Shown piece after piece: positions 28,603 to 39,234 of a DNA stretch of 64,000 nt. The stretch's first letter is position 1, and each line of letters begins with the position of its first letter. The stretch spans positions 1,184,001 through 1,248,000 of the forward strand of contig OZ241981.1 of assembly GCA_965204345.1 (NCBI GenBank), in the 5' to 3' direction. This DNA is from Nitrosopumilus sp. (GTDB lineage: Archaea > Thermoproteota > Nitrososphaeria > Nitrososphaerales > Nitrosopumilaceae). The position numbers and the translations under genes were made by a program. The notes under the pieces were generated by a model. The model made no database searches, was not told the origin of the DNA, and saw only the letters and a list, made by a program, of their open reading frames with translations.

Positions 28603-30381
28603 ATGGCTGAAGACGAAATAATAGGAGCAGTTGCAGGACAGGCAAGTGAATTTCAAAGTGTCTCTGAATTAATAGGGTCATCTGAATCATTACAAATTGC
28701 ATTTACTGTTTTAGTTATTGGAATTATTGGAATCATACTGGTATATCGTGGTTTTTCAAATTGGGTCAAAACTCAAAAATTTAATTATGTAAGACCCCAT
28801 CTTTCACGATTTGTTAGAGTGGGTGTCTTGCCATTTTTTGCAATAATTCTCATTACCAGCATGAACATGTACATCCAATCCTTTGATGTATTTGATGAAT
28901 CCATAATAAAAGCAGAGCAAATTGCATTGGATATTGAAGAAAACCAAGAAGGAAAAAACCCAGCTGAAACTTTTTCCAAGATTCTCAATACGATCAACAT
29001 ACTTGTAATTGGATATTCAGTAGCACACTTAATTCCCATAATGCTTACTAAACGAGAAAAAAGCAATCTTGAGAAAGAAGATTTTGAAATGTGGAAAGAT
29101 ATGAGGGGCTTTTCTGATGATAAAGATGATTTATTTCATAAATTCTTCAAGTGGGTTGCACCTAAAAATACGCCGGAGGATATGTCTGAAGAAAATTTTG
29201 AAGAAAATCTCAAAACAGAAGAAGGAATGCGCATACTTGAAGAATACAGGACAACTAAAGGACTGCCAATTGGAAGTTATGAGCAACTGATCAAAGAACC
29301 GTTTGAAGAATGGAAAAAGTCTGAAAGAATAAAGTATAATGAATATTTTAAAAAAGCAGTCTCAGGAAACAATCAATCAGGAAAAAAGCTTAGAACAGGA
29401 CAAGAAACAGAAGAAATCTATCCAATTGACACATGGAGAGAAGAAAAAAGATTGGGCGGATTTGATCCGATAATTCCTGGTACAAAACCGCCCGGATATG
29501 CAGTAAGAAAAAGAAAAAATCTCCCTAAATCAATTTCACAAATTTTGCCTTTAGGAATTTTTGCAGTTGTGATTATTGGTGTCGTTAGTTGGTGGGGGAT
29601 TGATCTTATTGTACTTGCGACTGCAACAGGAGGATTGGCAATAGGTATAGGATTGGCTTTGCAAGAAACGATGCAGAATTATTTTGCATATATTTTGATT
29701 AGAAAGGATAAGATATTTGGAGAAGGAGAACGTGTCAAGCTAGATACTGGATATAACGGATATGTACATAAAATTACGCCTAGAGTTACCTATGTTAGAG
29801 ATGCGCTAAACGAATCATTTGCAGTAATTCCAACAAGACAGTTAGTTAATGCCCAAATAATCAACTATTCTAAAGAGATCAAGATGGTACCTGCAATTGT
29901 AGAAGTGGGTGTTTCGTACCTCAATGATCCAAAGCAAGTTTCGGCAATTCTTGTAAAAGTAGGAAATCGTGCAATGAAGGAAGTCATTGATAGGAAAGGA
30001 AGGCATCTAGTTAGACAGTTACGTTGTCCATACTTGGAAAAAAACAAGCCTAGTTGTGGATGTGACAACGATATTCATGTTGAAATAAATCAGCCGGTTG
30101 TACGATTCAATCAATTTAATGATTCATCATTAGATTTTTCATTGTGGCTTTATGTAAGGGATTATGGGGCACAGTTCAAGACCAAAACAGACATGAGAAT
30201 GATCATGTATGAAGAATTCAAGAAATATGACATTAGAATTCCATGGCCAATCAGAACTGTGTATCAGGGAGATGAAAAACGTGAGAAAGAAGAGATTGAC
30301 AAACTCAACGAACAAAGAAACAGTGTTATTGACAAATATGGTATCGGCGATATTGGTCGTGGCAGTGGAGAAGATGAATAA
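28603..30381 (+). CDS. mscS: MscS-family small-conductance mechanosensitive channel with a large soluble insertion
   Basis: GGLAIGIGLALQETMQNYFA, IPTRQL...IINYS and IRIPWPIRTVY MscS motifs. Confidence 0.85.
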   Translation: MAEDEIIGAVAGQASEFQSVSELIGSSESLQIAFTVLVIGIIGIILVYRGFSNWVKTQKFNYVRPHLSRFVRVGVLPFFAIILITSMNMYIQSFDVFDESIIKAEQIALDIEENQEGKNPAETFSKILNTINILVIGYSVAHLIPIMLTKREKSNLEKEDFEMWKDMRGFSDDKDDLFHKFFKWVAPKNTPEDMSEENFEENLKTEEGMRILEEYRTTKGLPIGSYEQLIKEPFEEWKKSERIKYNEYFKKAVSGNNQSGKKLRTGQETEEIYPIDTWREEKRLGGFDPIIPGTKPPGYAVRKRKNLPKSISQILPLGIFAVVIIGVVSWWGIDLIVLATATGGLAIGIGLALQETMQNYFAYILIRKDKIFGEGERVKLDTGYNGYVHKITPRVTYVRDALNESFAVIPTRQLVNAQIINYSKEIKMVPAIVEVGVSYLNDPKQVSAILVKVGNRAMKEVIDRKGRHLVRQLRCPYLEKNKPSCGCDNDIHVEINQPVVRFNQFNDSSLDFSLWLYVRDYGAQFKTKTDMRMIMYEEFKKYDIRIPWPIRTVYQGDEKREKEEIDKLNEQRNSVIDKYGIGDIGRGSGEDE

Positions 30382-30419
30382 TCCTCTCAAAACTTAAGAA
30401 TCCCATTAAATCACATTTC

Positions 30420-31298
30420 TTGTTGAGTAAATTAACTGTAATTGCAGGAAAATCATCTGAAGATTTAGCAAGAAAATTATCTAAAGAAATAAAGGCAAAT
30501 CTTGTTAAGTCAGAAATTAGGGTCTTTGCTGATGGAGAAAGCAAGATAACACTTTCAGGCAATATATCAAAAAGAAAAGCTGTTGTAGTTCAATCAATTT
30601 ATCCTCCGGTTGATACGAATTTAGTTCAAACACTGTCACTTATTTCAAAAGCTAGGGAAATATCATCAGAAGTGATTGCTATAATTCCATATATGGGGTA
30701 TGCAAGACAGGACAGAGAATTTTTACCAGGGGAAATTGTGACCATGAAAGTTCTTGGAAAATTATTTAGAAGTGCCGGTGCATCAAAAATTATTGCAGTA
30801 GATATTCACAGCATGATGGGTCTCAAATATTTTACCAGTAAAACAAAAAACGTGTCTGCAATACCCGAACTTGTAAAATATTTCAAAAAAATGAGCCTGA
30901 AAAATCCTCTTGTCATATCTCCTGATCAAGGAGGAAAAAAGAGGGCAAGAGAATTTGCAAGAGAATTAGGCTCAGAATATATTGCATTGGAGAAAAAAAG
31001 AGATAGAAAAACAGGAAAAATTCAGATAAAAACAAAGAATTTAGATGAGGTTGTTAATAGAGATTTGATTTTGGTTGATGATATGATTAGTACAGGAGGA
31101 AGTATTGTAAAAGCTACCCAATTTCTTAAAAAACAAAAATGTAAAAAAGTGTACGTTGCATGTACACACGCGTTATTAATGGATAATGCAGAAAAAAGAA
31201 TTAAAAAAGCTGGAGTTACTAAAATAATCAGCACAAATACAATTCCCAACAAAACATCCGTGGTAGATATTTCCAGCATTATTGCAAAGGCAATTTAG
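30420..31298 (+). CDS. prs: Ribose-phosphate pyrophosphokinase
   Basis: FADGE, PYMGYARQD, SPDQGG and VDDMISTGGS motifs. Confidence 0.95.
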   Translation: MLSKLTVIAGKSSEDLARKLSKEIKANLVKSEIRVFADGESKITLSGNISKRKAVVVQSIYPPVDTNLVQTLSLISKAREISSEVIAIIPYMGYARQDREFLPGEIVTMKVLGKLFRSAGASKIIAVDIHSMMGLKYFTSKTKNVSAIPELVKYFKKMSLKNPLVISPDQGGKKRAREFARELGSEYIALEKKRDRKTGKIQIKTKNLDEVVNRDLILVDDMISTGGSIVKATQFLKKQKCKKVYVACTHALLMDNAEKRIKKAGVTKIISTNTIPNKTSVVDISSIIAKAI

Positions 31299-31300
31299 CA

Positions 31301-32248
31301 ATGCCAGAAAGTTTTTTTGTTTTATCTAAAGATCACTTGGAACTTGCTACGGATGAAATTATTGCAATAGCAAAAATGTATGACAGATTTTCTAAAATTA
31401 AAGTGATTTCGAATTTGGTAATTGTACAGTCAAAGACAAATTGGAATGAAATTGCTAAAAGGGCAACATTTGTAAAAATTTCAGGACAAATATTACGTAA
31501 AATGTCGGGATTGTTTTTGAATGAAGAAAATGTTGGTGTTTTAAAAAATGCAAAAACATTTGTGTGTAGAGTTGTGAATTTGTCCTCAAACCAATTTAAT
31601 ATTCCAGAATTAGAAGGCTCTATGGGAGACATGATCTCAAAATTCTCTCATGCAAAAGTGAAATTAAAAAATCCAGATATCACCGTCTATCTGATTTTTA
31701 CAAATAATGAGAACTTTTTTGGATTTTCAAAGCGGGTTAAAGAAAAGACTAGGCCCAAAAAAATCAAAAAACATCCTCATGAATTGGATTGGAAGCTAAC
31801 AAGGGTAATGATTAATTTGATAGGCCTGAAAAAAGGAGAAACGGTGTGTGATCCATTTTGTGGTACTGGTACTACACTTTTAGAGGCCGAATCAATGGGC
31901 GTGCATGCCATCGGACTAGATTTTGACGAAAAAATGTGTGAAATCGCAAAAGCGAATCTCAAGGCAAACAAGTATAATTCAAAAGTTCTCAAGTCTGAAT
32001 TTCAAGGGTTCTCAAAAATATCTAATAGATTTGATGGAATTGTCACTGATTTGCCATATGGCATAGCATCAAAGACATCAGAAAAACCACAAGAAATTCT
32101 AAAGAAATTTTTTTCTAGGCTGCCTAAAAGAAAAAAGGTGGCAATAATGTATAAAAAAGAATTGGGTTTTAACTCAAATCTAGACGGATTAAAAAAATAT
32201 CACATCTATAGGCATAAAAGCTTGACAAGAACAATTCTGATTAAATGA
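31301..32248 (+). CDS. THUMP-domain tRNA methyltransferase (Trm11/TrmG10-like)
   Basis: [11 protein letters not shown] motif and TDLPYG motif IV after an N-terminal THUMP-like region. Confidence 0.82.
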   Translation: MPESFFVLSKDHLELATDEIIAIAKMYDRFSKIKVISNLVIVQSKTNWNEIAKRATFVKISGQILRKMSGLFLNEENVGVLKNAKTFVCRVVNLSSNQFNIPELEGSMGDMISKFSHAKVKLKNPDITVYLIFTNNENFFGFSKRVKEKTRPKKIKKHPHELDWKLTRVMINLIGLKKGETVCDPFCGTGTTLLEAESMGVHAIGLDFDEKMCEIAKANLKANKYNSKVLKSEFQGFSKISNRFDGIVTDLPYGIASKTSEKPQEILKKFFSRLPKRKKVAIMYKKELGFNSNLDGLKKYHIYRHKSLTRTILIK

Positions 32249-33144
32249 AACTCATATTTTTGGGTACATCAGCTGCCCACCCTACTGAAAACAGAGGATT
32301 GTCATGTATTTGCCTAGAAAGGGATGGTGAAATTTTGATGTTTGATGCCGGTGAAGCAGCTCAGATATCTTTTATGAAATCGGGTCTGGGTTGGAATAAA
32401 AAAATGAAGTTATTTGTAACTCACATGCATGGTGATCATTGTGTGGGAATTTTGGGACTGTTACAAACAATGTCTATGCAAAATAGAACCGAATCATTAG
32501 AAATCTTTGGGCCAAATGGAATTGAAGAGTTTATTGCTGCAAATATTAAAATATTAAATTTTGGATTGTCATTTCCAATTTTGATTACGACCATCAAGGA
32601 AGGAAAGATGTTTGAAGATGAAAGGTTTTCAATACATGTTTGTAAAGCAGATCATTCCATTGCAGCATTTTCATATTTGTTTAAAGAAAAAGACAAGCCC
32701 GGGAGATTTAATCTTGAAAAGGCAAGACAATTAAGCGTTCCTGAAGGAAAATTATGGAGTGATTTACAAAAGGGTCATGAAATAAGAATTGATGAAAAAA
32801 TAATAAGACCTGAACAGGTATTAGGAGAAAAACGCCCAGGCAAAAAAATTGGCATTTCTGGCGATACAATGCCTACAGCAGAATTAGAAAAATTTTTTGA
32901 GGGCTGTGATTATCTTGTATTTGATTCTACATTTTTAGATGAAGAAAAACAAAGGGCACAAGAAACAGGTCACTCAACTGCAAAGCAAGCTGCAACATTA
33001 GGTAAAAATGCCAAAGTTAAGAACTTAATTCTAACACATTTTTCAGCAAGATATAAGGATGAAATTGGGCATTTAAAAGAAGCGCAAGAAATTCATAATT
33101 CGGTAATCACTGCTAAAGATCTTTTAGAAGTAGAGATTAAATAA
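32245..33144 (+). CDS. rnz: Ribonuclease Z
   Basis: FLGTSAA, THMHGDH metallo-beta-lactamase motif, exosite VPEG, GHSTA and THFSARY. Confidence 0.95.
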   Translation: MKLIFLGTSAAHPTENRGLSCICLERDGEILMFDAGEAAQISFMKSGLGWNKKMKLFVTHMHGDHCVGILGLLQTMSMQNRTESLEIFGPNGIEEFIAANIKILNFGLSFPILITTIKEGKMFEDERFSIHVCKADHSIAAFSYLFKEKDKPGRFNLEKARQLSVPEGKLWSDLQKGHEIRIDEKIIRPEQVLGEKRPGKKIGISGDTMPTAELEKFFEGCDYLVFDSTFLDEEKQRAQETGHSTAKQAATLGKNAKVKNLILTHFSARYKDEIGHLKEAQEIHNSVITAKDLLEVEIK

Positions 33145-33145
33145 A

Positions 33146-33874
33146 ATGTTTGAAGCAATTAAAGGACAGATTGAGAAATTTAAGAAGATAGTTTTTGTAA
33201 CAGGAGCTGGAATTTCGCAAGAAAGTGGAATTCCTACATTTAGAGGAAAAGATGGATTATGGAAAAATTATGATGTAATGAAATTGGCTACAATTGATGC
33301 ATTTTATCATGATCCAAAATTGGTTTGGGAATGGTATAACGAAAGAAGAATGAATATTTTTCAGGCACAGCCAAATTTAGGGCACAAGGCGATTGCTGAA
33401 CTTGAAAAATATGCAGATGTCGTTGTTTTAACACAAAATATTGACGGATTGCATCAAAAATCAGGTAGTTCAAGGGTATTGGAACTACATGGAAGTATTG
33501 TAAAGATCAAATGTTCGATTTGTGATTATAAAGAAGAAATTTTGAGAAACATTTCTGATTTGCCGCCTGTTTGTAAATGTGGTAATTTACTTAGACCAGA
33601 TGTCGTATGGTTTGGAGAATCATTGCCACAAAATGTGTGGAAAAATGCCATTAACTTTGCAAATAATTGTGATCTAATGATTATTGCAGGTACATCACTT
33701 GCCGTGTCTCCGGCAAATACACTGCCACTTTATGCAAAACAGAACAATGATGCTATATTAGTAGAAATTAATCCAGAAAATACAGACATGACAGGAGAAA
33801 TGGATGTGACAGTTAGAAATACAAGTGCAGAGTCAATACCAAAATTAGTTTCGCTATTTAAAAATAAATTATAA
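33146..33874 (+). CDS. cobB: Sir2-family NAD-dependent protein deacylase
   Basis: TGAGISQESGIPTFRG, TQNIDGLH, HG..CxxC, RPDVVWFGE and GTS motifs. Confidence 0.93.
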   Translation: MFEAIKGQIEKFKKIVFVTGAGISQESGIPTFRGKDGLWKNYDVMKLATIDAFYHDPKLVWEWYNERRMNIFQAQPNLGHKAIAELEKYADVVVLTQNIDGLHQKSGSSRVLELHGSIVKIKCSICDYKEEILRNISDLPPVCKCGNLLRPDVVWFGESLPQNVWKNAINFANNCDLMIIAGTSLAVSPANTLPLYAKQNNDAILVEINPENTDMTGEMDVTVRNTSAESIPKLVSLFKNKL

Positions 33875-34561
33875 TTGAGAAAATATTCCATAAATTTTTG
33901 TGCCAGAGGAACCGCCTGGATTATAAACTGACGATGTCACAGTTCCATATTCTTCATGCTCAACAATCATGTCTATATAATATGGAACATCAGATACGTA
34001 ATTTACACTTGTATCAAACATTGATGAATAGAATGTTCCAGAAAAAAGCTCCGTATCTACGGTTCTAATTACTACATCAACACTTATTGTTTTGCCACTT
34101 GTATCAACATACTGAAGAAGAATACTATTATCAGATTGTTGTTTGGTTGACAAGGATAAGGTTTCAAAAAGTATTGGAATAGACTTGTGAGTAGAAACAT
34201 TGTTTGTTGATTCTGTGCTAGTTGATGATGAACCATCAGATTTTGAATTTGAACCGCCAGTGAATATATTTTGAATTGATTCTATAGTATCAAAATTTGA
34301 AATTTTATCTGTTACTTTGTCTCCGGTTTGACTAATTTCTTCTGATATTGATTCGGGTGTCTTATCTACAATTTTATCAATTGATGAATCAATTCTTTGC
34401 TCTACAGAATCTGAAGCTTTGGAGCCAAAGTTTGATGCATCATCTTTTAAAGAATCAAAAACTGTAGCAGATGTTGATGGAAAGAAGGTACTAATTTCGT
34501 TTGAAAATATCATCCCGCCTAAAATTACAATACCTGCAATTATGGCTAGTTTGATGAGCAT
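33869..34561 (-). CDS. Membrane-anchored exported hypothetical protein with Ser-rich linker
   Basis: N-terminal TM helix, low-complexity Ser/Asp linker. Confidence 0.65.
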   Translation of the reverse strand: MLIKLAIIAGIVILGGMIFSNEISTFFPSTSATVFDSLKDDASNFGSKASDSVEQRIDSSIDKIVDKTPESISEEISQTGDKVTDKISNFDTIESIQNIFTGGSNSKSDGSSSTSTESTNNVSTHKSIPILFETLSLSTKQQSDNSILLQYVDTSGKTISVDVVIRTVDTELFSGTFYSSMFDTSVNYVSDVPYYIDMIVEHEEYGTVTSSVYNPGGSSGTKIYGIFSQL

Positions 34562-34645
34562 TAATGCTGATCTAAAAAAATGAATTTTAGATTCAAACTA
34601 AAAAAAATGGTCAAAAATGAGTGAATTTTGTTAGCTAATTCCCTG

Positions 34646-35053
34646 CTAATTTGCAAAAGCTAGCCAATCAATAACTCCATCAATGTTTGATGAAGTCAAA
34701 GTGACCTTGATAGGTCCTAATGGAGATTCATCTGCTTCATCACAGATTGCAATTTTTTCAACAAAAGCAGCTTGCTTGTTTAAAAGAAACCAAGTTCTGT
34801 CATCCTCTAGATTATTTTCCAAATTTCGCGTATAGCTTTTTTGAGATTGTGTTGAGATAATTGCTTCATAAATTTTCTCTAAAGATCTTAATTCATTTGA
34901 TTCGGCCTTTATTGAAAAATTTTCATTTGTGATACAGGAGAATGGAAATATGTTTGAAATGGCTTCTTTAATTTTTTCAGGATGTTCAGATAAATTTATT
35001 GGGCAAACCATTTGTATTTTACAGTTAATATTTGGAATTTTCACTCTAACCAA
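34646..35053 (-). CDS. UPF0201/DUF54 putative RNA-binding protein
   Basis: LNKQAAFV...ESPLGPI motif; adjacent to the UPF0200 gene as in other archaea. Confidence 0.82.
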   Translation of the reverse strand: MVRVKIPNINCKIQMVCPINLSEHPEKIKEAISNIFPFSCITNENFSIKAESNELRSLEKIYEAIISTQSQKSYTRNLENNLEDDRTWFLLNKQAAFVEKIAICDEADESPLGPIKVTLTSSNIDGVIDWLAFAN

Positions 35054-35592
35054 CCTTGAATAATTTGAAAAGCTTGATCAACTAATTCGTCTTTTGTCAG
35101 ACCTATATTTGAAATTGCATAATCAGATAGGGCAATTGAATTGCTAATGCCAACTCCCAATTCACGGTTATCTCTTTCTTCAAAATGTTCTTTTGTTTGA
35201 GGATCATCTGTCCTTCCTCTTTTTTGTAAAAAATCAAATCTAGTGTCAGTTGATGCATGAACTGCTAGTAATTTTACAGTGCCAAATTTTTTTAATACTT
35301 GAATTTCGTCATTGGATCTTATTCCATCTATTAAAATTACATTTGATGTTGAAGATTCGATTTGTGGTTTAACTAGTTCTGCAACTGCTCCAAGACCATT
35401 TTTCTCTCTAAGTTCTAGCATTAGTTTTCCAAGATTCTCTCGTGTTGGTTCCAGATTTCTTTTTTTTGCCTCTTCTCGTACTGCGTTGCCCATATTGATA
35501 ATTTCATATCCCTTGGGTTTCAGGCCATCAGCAATTGTGGATTTGCCTGCGCCAGGCATTCCTGTTAAGCATACAATTAGTTTAACCAACAT
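35041..35592 (-). CDS. UPF0200 P-loop nucleotide kinase (dephospho-CoA kinase-like)
   Basis: GMPGAGKS Walker A, MGNAVRE, IDGIRS and RDNRELGVG motifs. Confidence 0.85.
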   Translation of the reverse strand: MLVKLIVCLTGMPGAGKSTIADGLKPKGYEIINMGNAVREEAKKRNLEPTRENLGKLMLELREKNGLGAVAELVKPQIESSTSNVILIDGIRSNDEIQVLKKFGTVKLLAVHASTDTRFDFLQKRGRTDDPQTKEHFEERDNRELGVGISNSIALSDYAISNIGLTKDELVDQAFQIIQGWLE

Positions 35593-35658
35593 ATATCAAA
35601 AAAAAGGCTTGTCTATGAAGTTACCGGAAATAATTATAAACATAGTTCAAAAAATCTT

Positions 35659-36204
35659 ATGATGCGAGTTTTCATTGCAGTTGAAATCACAAATGAGGCA
35701 GTGATTAATTCAATTAGAAAATTTCAAGATAAATTGGAAATTGAAGCAAAGGCCATTGAACCACAAAATTTCCATTTTACATTACAATTTTTAGGAGAAA
35801 TTTCACAGGATATCTTGCTAAAAATCACAAAAACCCTGGAAAAAATAGAATTTTCAGGTTTTGACATAGTTCTCAAGGGAATAGGGGTTTTTCCCAAGCC
35901 TAGTTTTCCTAGAGTGATTTGGGTAGGTGCAGATGAAAAAGGAGGGGATTTACTAATTCAATTATCCAAAAAAGTAGGAAAGGCGCTAGAACCATTAGGA
36001 TTCCTTCAAGACAAGCCCTTCAAGCCTCATATCACAGTATTTAGAATTAAAAAGAAGATTGGAGATGTATCAAGAGAATTGGAAAATAAGAAAATGATAA
36101 ATTTTGGAATACAAAAGGTTTCAAACATTAAATTGAAAAAAAGTGAACTTACTTCAAGCGGGCCAATCTATTCAAATTTGATGGAGGTAAAGGCAAAAAA
36201 ATGA
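35659..36204 (+). CDS. thpR: RNA 2',3'-cyclic phosphodiesterase (2H phosphoesterase)
   Basis: Two HxT motifs (HFTLQFLG, HITV) and GPIY C-terminus. Confidence 0.92.
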   Translation: MMRVFIAVEITNEAVINSIRKFQDKLEIEAKAIEPQNFHFTLQFLGEISQDILLKITKTLEKIEFSGFDIVLKGIGVFPKPSFPRVIWVGADEKGGDLLIQLSKKVGKALEPLGFLQDKPFKPHITVFRIKKKIGDVSRELENKKMINFGIQKVSNIKLKKSELTSSGPIYSNLMEVKAKK

Positions 36205-37529
36205 AACAAGTAATTTCTAAAATTTCTAAAACCGTAATTCCCTCAAAAATAATTGCAAAGTCAAAAAAGGATATTGGAGAAATGGCTTTTGGCTTAGTTG
36301 AAAAAGAAACTGAAAAATATCCAGAAGTGGTTGGATTAGAATTTGGGGGATCCTTTGCCAAGGATACTTGGCTAACTAAGGATGCAGACGTTGATATTTT
36401 TGTCAAATTTAAAAAAAATGTATCAGAGGAAAAATTTGAGGAAATTTCTAAAAAAATTGGATTTGATTCATTGAAAAAATATTCTCCATACATCAGACAT
36501 TCTCAGCATCCATATGTTGAGGCTGAAATTAAGAACACCAGGATCAATGTTGTTCCATGTTATGACGTGAAGATAGGGGAATGGAAAAGTGCAGCCGATA
36601 GATCCCCATTTCATACTGAATTTATGAAAAAATCATTAACGCCAAAAATGAGAGATGAGGTGCGAGTTCTAAAGACATTTTTAAAATCAAATGGGATTTA
36701 TGGTGCAGAAATTGCAAAACAGGGATTTAGCGGATATATTTCCGAAGTTTTGATTTTAGAGCTTGGAAGTTTTGAAAATCTTATAAAAACAATTTCAAAA
36801 ATTAAGGAAAATCAGATTATTGGAAAAACGACTAAAAAGTTTGATACATCCATTGTAGTAATTGATCCAATTGACAGTAATAGAAATTTAGCTGCTGCTA
36901 TTTCTGATGAAAATATTGGAAAATTTATTCTTATTTCAAGAGCATTTAAGAAAAAGCCGGGTTTTGAGTTCTTTAAGACTAAGAAATCAAGAATATCAAA
37001 CAGGTTTTGGAATAATTTATTGATTGTTAAATTTAATTTCAAAGCTAGGAGTCCAGATATTATTTGGGGGCAGATCAAAAGAGCAACTTCAACATTGTCC
37101 ATACAGTTAGAATTGGGAGGATTTACTGTATTGAGAAGCAAATCTTACACAGATCAACAAAATAAAGCCTGTCTTTTGTTCTTTTTAGAATCAACAAAGA
37201 TTAGTAAAATCTATTCTAAAGAAGGGCCCGAATTCTTCAGAGAAGACAGTGCTCATAGTTTCATTGATAAAAATCTCAAAGATGCAGGACTGGTCTGGTT
37301 TGGAAATGACAGAAGAATAATTTCTTTAGAAAAAAGAAATCATGTGGATGCAGCACGTTTTATGAAGGAATTTCTGAAGGAAGATCTTCTAGGCATACCA
37401 AAAGGTCTGCGGCCGGATTTTAAGCGAGGTTTCAAGGTGTCCATAGGAAACAAAAATCTTAGTAAATCAATTAAAGAGGAAGCAGCTGAATTGATTTCAG
37501 TAGATGGCACATTCCTTCATTTCAATTAA
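36201..37529 (+). CDS. cca: Archaeal CCA-adding enzyme
   Basis: GSFAKDTWL..DADVDIF, HPYV, SAADRSPFHT and GFSGYISE motifs. Confidence 0.94.
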   Translation: MKQVISKISKTVIPSKIIAKSKKDIGEMAFGLVEKETEKYPEVVGLEFGGSFAKDTWLTKDADVDIFVKFKKNVSEEKFEEISKKIGFDSLKKYSPYIRHSQHPYVEAEIKNTRINVVPCYDVKIGEWKSAADRSPFHTEFMKKSLTPKMRDEVRVLKTFLKSNGIYGAEIAKQGFSGYISEVLILELGSFENLIKTISKIKENQIIGKTTKKFDTSIVVIDPIDSNRNLAAAISDENIGKFILISRAFKKKPGFEFFKTKKSRISNRFWNNLLIVKFNFKARSPDIIWGQIKRATSTLSIQLELGGFTVLRSKSYTDQQNKACLLFFLESTKISKIYSKEGPEFFREDSAHSFIDKNLKDAGLVWFGNDRRIISLEKRNHVDAARFMKEFLKEDLLGIPKGLRPDFKRGFKVSIGNKNLSKSIKEEAAELISVDGTFLHFN

Positions 37530-38265
37530 GAGATTCTCAGAAGAGCCATATTCAAACATTCTCGGATATCCAAATGCAACTAAGCGTCAACTAAAATCAA
37601 GAATTAATGAATTAGAAAAATTGAAGATAAAGGCAATTTCTTTAACAGGCCCTACTACACTTGGAAATTTGGCAATATTAGGAAAAGGGTATGTTGGGGT
37701 TGTGGTAATTGCCAAAAAAGGCAACAAAGAGACCGCTCTAAAAATTAGAAGAACTGATTCTCAAAGAAAAGACATGAGAAACGAGGCGGCGTTATTAAAA
37801 TTAGTTAATTCAGTTAAAGTTGGTCCAAAAATGATTGACGTAAGTAAGAATTTTTTAGTTATGGAATATCTTGAAGGTGAAAAATTCGGGGATTGGATTG
37901 AACTATTGAAAGGAAGTGGAAGTGCAAAAAAATTAAAATCTACAATAAAAAGTGTGTTAGAAGACTGTTATAGATTAGATCAGATTGGATTTGATCATGG
38001 CGAATTAAGTAACATTTCAAAACACGTTATTGTAGGTAAAACAAAATCTTCACTAATAGATTTTGAAAGTTCTAGCACGAAGAGAAGACCCTCAAATGTT
38101 ACATCAATTACCCAGGCATTTTTTATCGGATCCGGGATCTCAAAAAAAGCCCAGAAAATTTACAAAAATTCCTCCAAAGAGAAAATTATTGGGGCATTGA
38201 AATTATACAAGCAAAAAAAATCAAGAGAAAATTTTGAAAAATTGCTCAAAATTTTGAAATTATAA
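37504..38265 (+). CDS. Atypical Ser/Thr protein kinase (RIO/Bud32-like)
   Basis: LGKGYVGVV, ALKIRR, HGELS and IDFES motifs. Confidence 0.85.
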   Translation: MAHSFISIKRFSEEPYSNILGYPNATKRQLKSRINELEKLKIKAISLTGPTTLGNLAILGKGYVGVVVIAKKGNKETALKIRRTDSQRKDMRNEAALLKLVNSVKVGPKMIDVSKNFLVMEYLEGEKFGDWIELLKGSGSAKKLKSTIKSVLEDCYRLDQIGFDHGELSNISKHVIVGKTKSSLIDFESSSTKRRPSNVTSITQAFFIGSGISKKAQKIYKNSSKEKIIGALKLYKQKKSRENFEKLLKILKL

Positions 38266-38339
38266 TGGGAACGGCAGGAATTGAACCTGCGACCACTAGT
38301 CCCCCAGACTAGTATCATACCAAGCTAGACTACGTTCCC
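38266..38339 (-). tRNA. tRNA-Pro (anticodon GGG), intronless, CCA not encoded
   Basis: Reverse complement GGGAACGTAGTCTAGCTTGGTATGATACTAGTCTGGGGGACTAGTGGTCGCAGGTTCAATTCCTGCCGTTCCCA folds as a cloverleaf; anticodon stem CTAGT/ACTAG with loop CT-GGG-GG; T-arm GGTTCAATTCC. Confidence 0.95.
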
Positions 38340-38394
38340 TTGCTTCAGAGACATAAAATGAAATTATTAAATCGTCCTATTCATGACATAATTT

Positions 38395-38604
38395 ATGAAA
38401 CTTTGCAATATTTGTCATAGGATTTCTGCAACAGACCAAGATCATATTGATTGTGTTCAAAAGAGAAGTATAGAGTTAGAAGCTGAAGATTTTAAAAATA
38501 GCATTCCAGAAAAACTCAACCTTTCAAAAGACTCTCAAGAATTAGATGGGAAAATTAAGGCAATTTTAGAGCATCTTTCAAAAAGTAAAGATTTAGATAA
38601 ATAA
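38395..38604 (+). CDS. Small hypothetical protein with N-terminal CxxC...HxxC
   Basis: 69 aa ORF with CNIC...HIDC. Confidence 0.6.
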   Translation: MKLCNICHRISATDQDHIDCVQKRSIELEAEDFKNSIPEKLNLSKDSQELDGKIKAILEHLSKSKDLDK

Positions 38605-39234
38605 TCATAACCATTTTGATAGTCTCACTAAAAAAAATTGAATTTGAGGAAGAAAGATTATCCGTTGCTGGTATGGAGATTGGCTGAAGGCTTGTCGGTT
38701 CTAAGCATATCAACTTGAATTGTAGAACTGTCTCCAACTGCCAAGACATTTGCAAAAGATGTTTTACAATCTCATTGTAAGGCATGTTCATAACAGAATT
38801 GCCATTTTTTAGAACTAATACTCTAAAGTTTTTCATGAATTTCTGAAAGCTGATCGTCATCATAACGATTGCATTCATTTTCTTTTAATCCTGAAATTTT
38901 GTGGGGCTAAAACTGTGCCCATTAAAATTATTCGATAGGCAAATGAAATTGATTGTGGTTCTGTTTCTATATTCGTGTTTCCAGGATTAATTGGCGTGGT
39001 TTGATCTTTAATGAATTCAGTTTCTTTTTTTATAACTCATTTAATGATCCAATAGAATTTTCAAAGGTGTGAGTTCCATTAATGAATCCATAATTTGGCA
39101 GAACCTGCCATAAACCAGTCTTTTTTGCCAATTACAGCAATTGGCTTCATACGATGATAATGTACTTCTTATTCATCAGCAACTGATATGCTCAGTTCGT
39201 CTCCTAAAACTACAACTTGGCAATATCTGAGAAC

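Noticed and set aside
33146-33874. Sir2 protein as a possible defence NADase
   Set aside because: Canonical Zn-binding CobB-type deacylase within the prs-methyltransferase-rnz housekeeping operon
38266-38339. tRNA-Pro as an integration site
   Set aside because: No duplicated tRNA 3' fragment and no integrase found beside it
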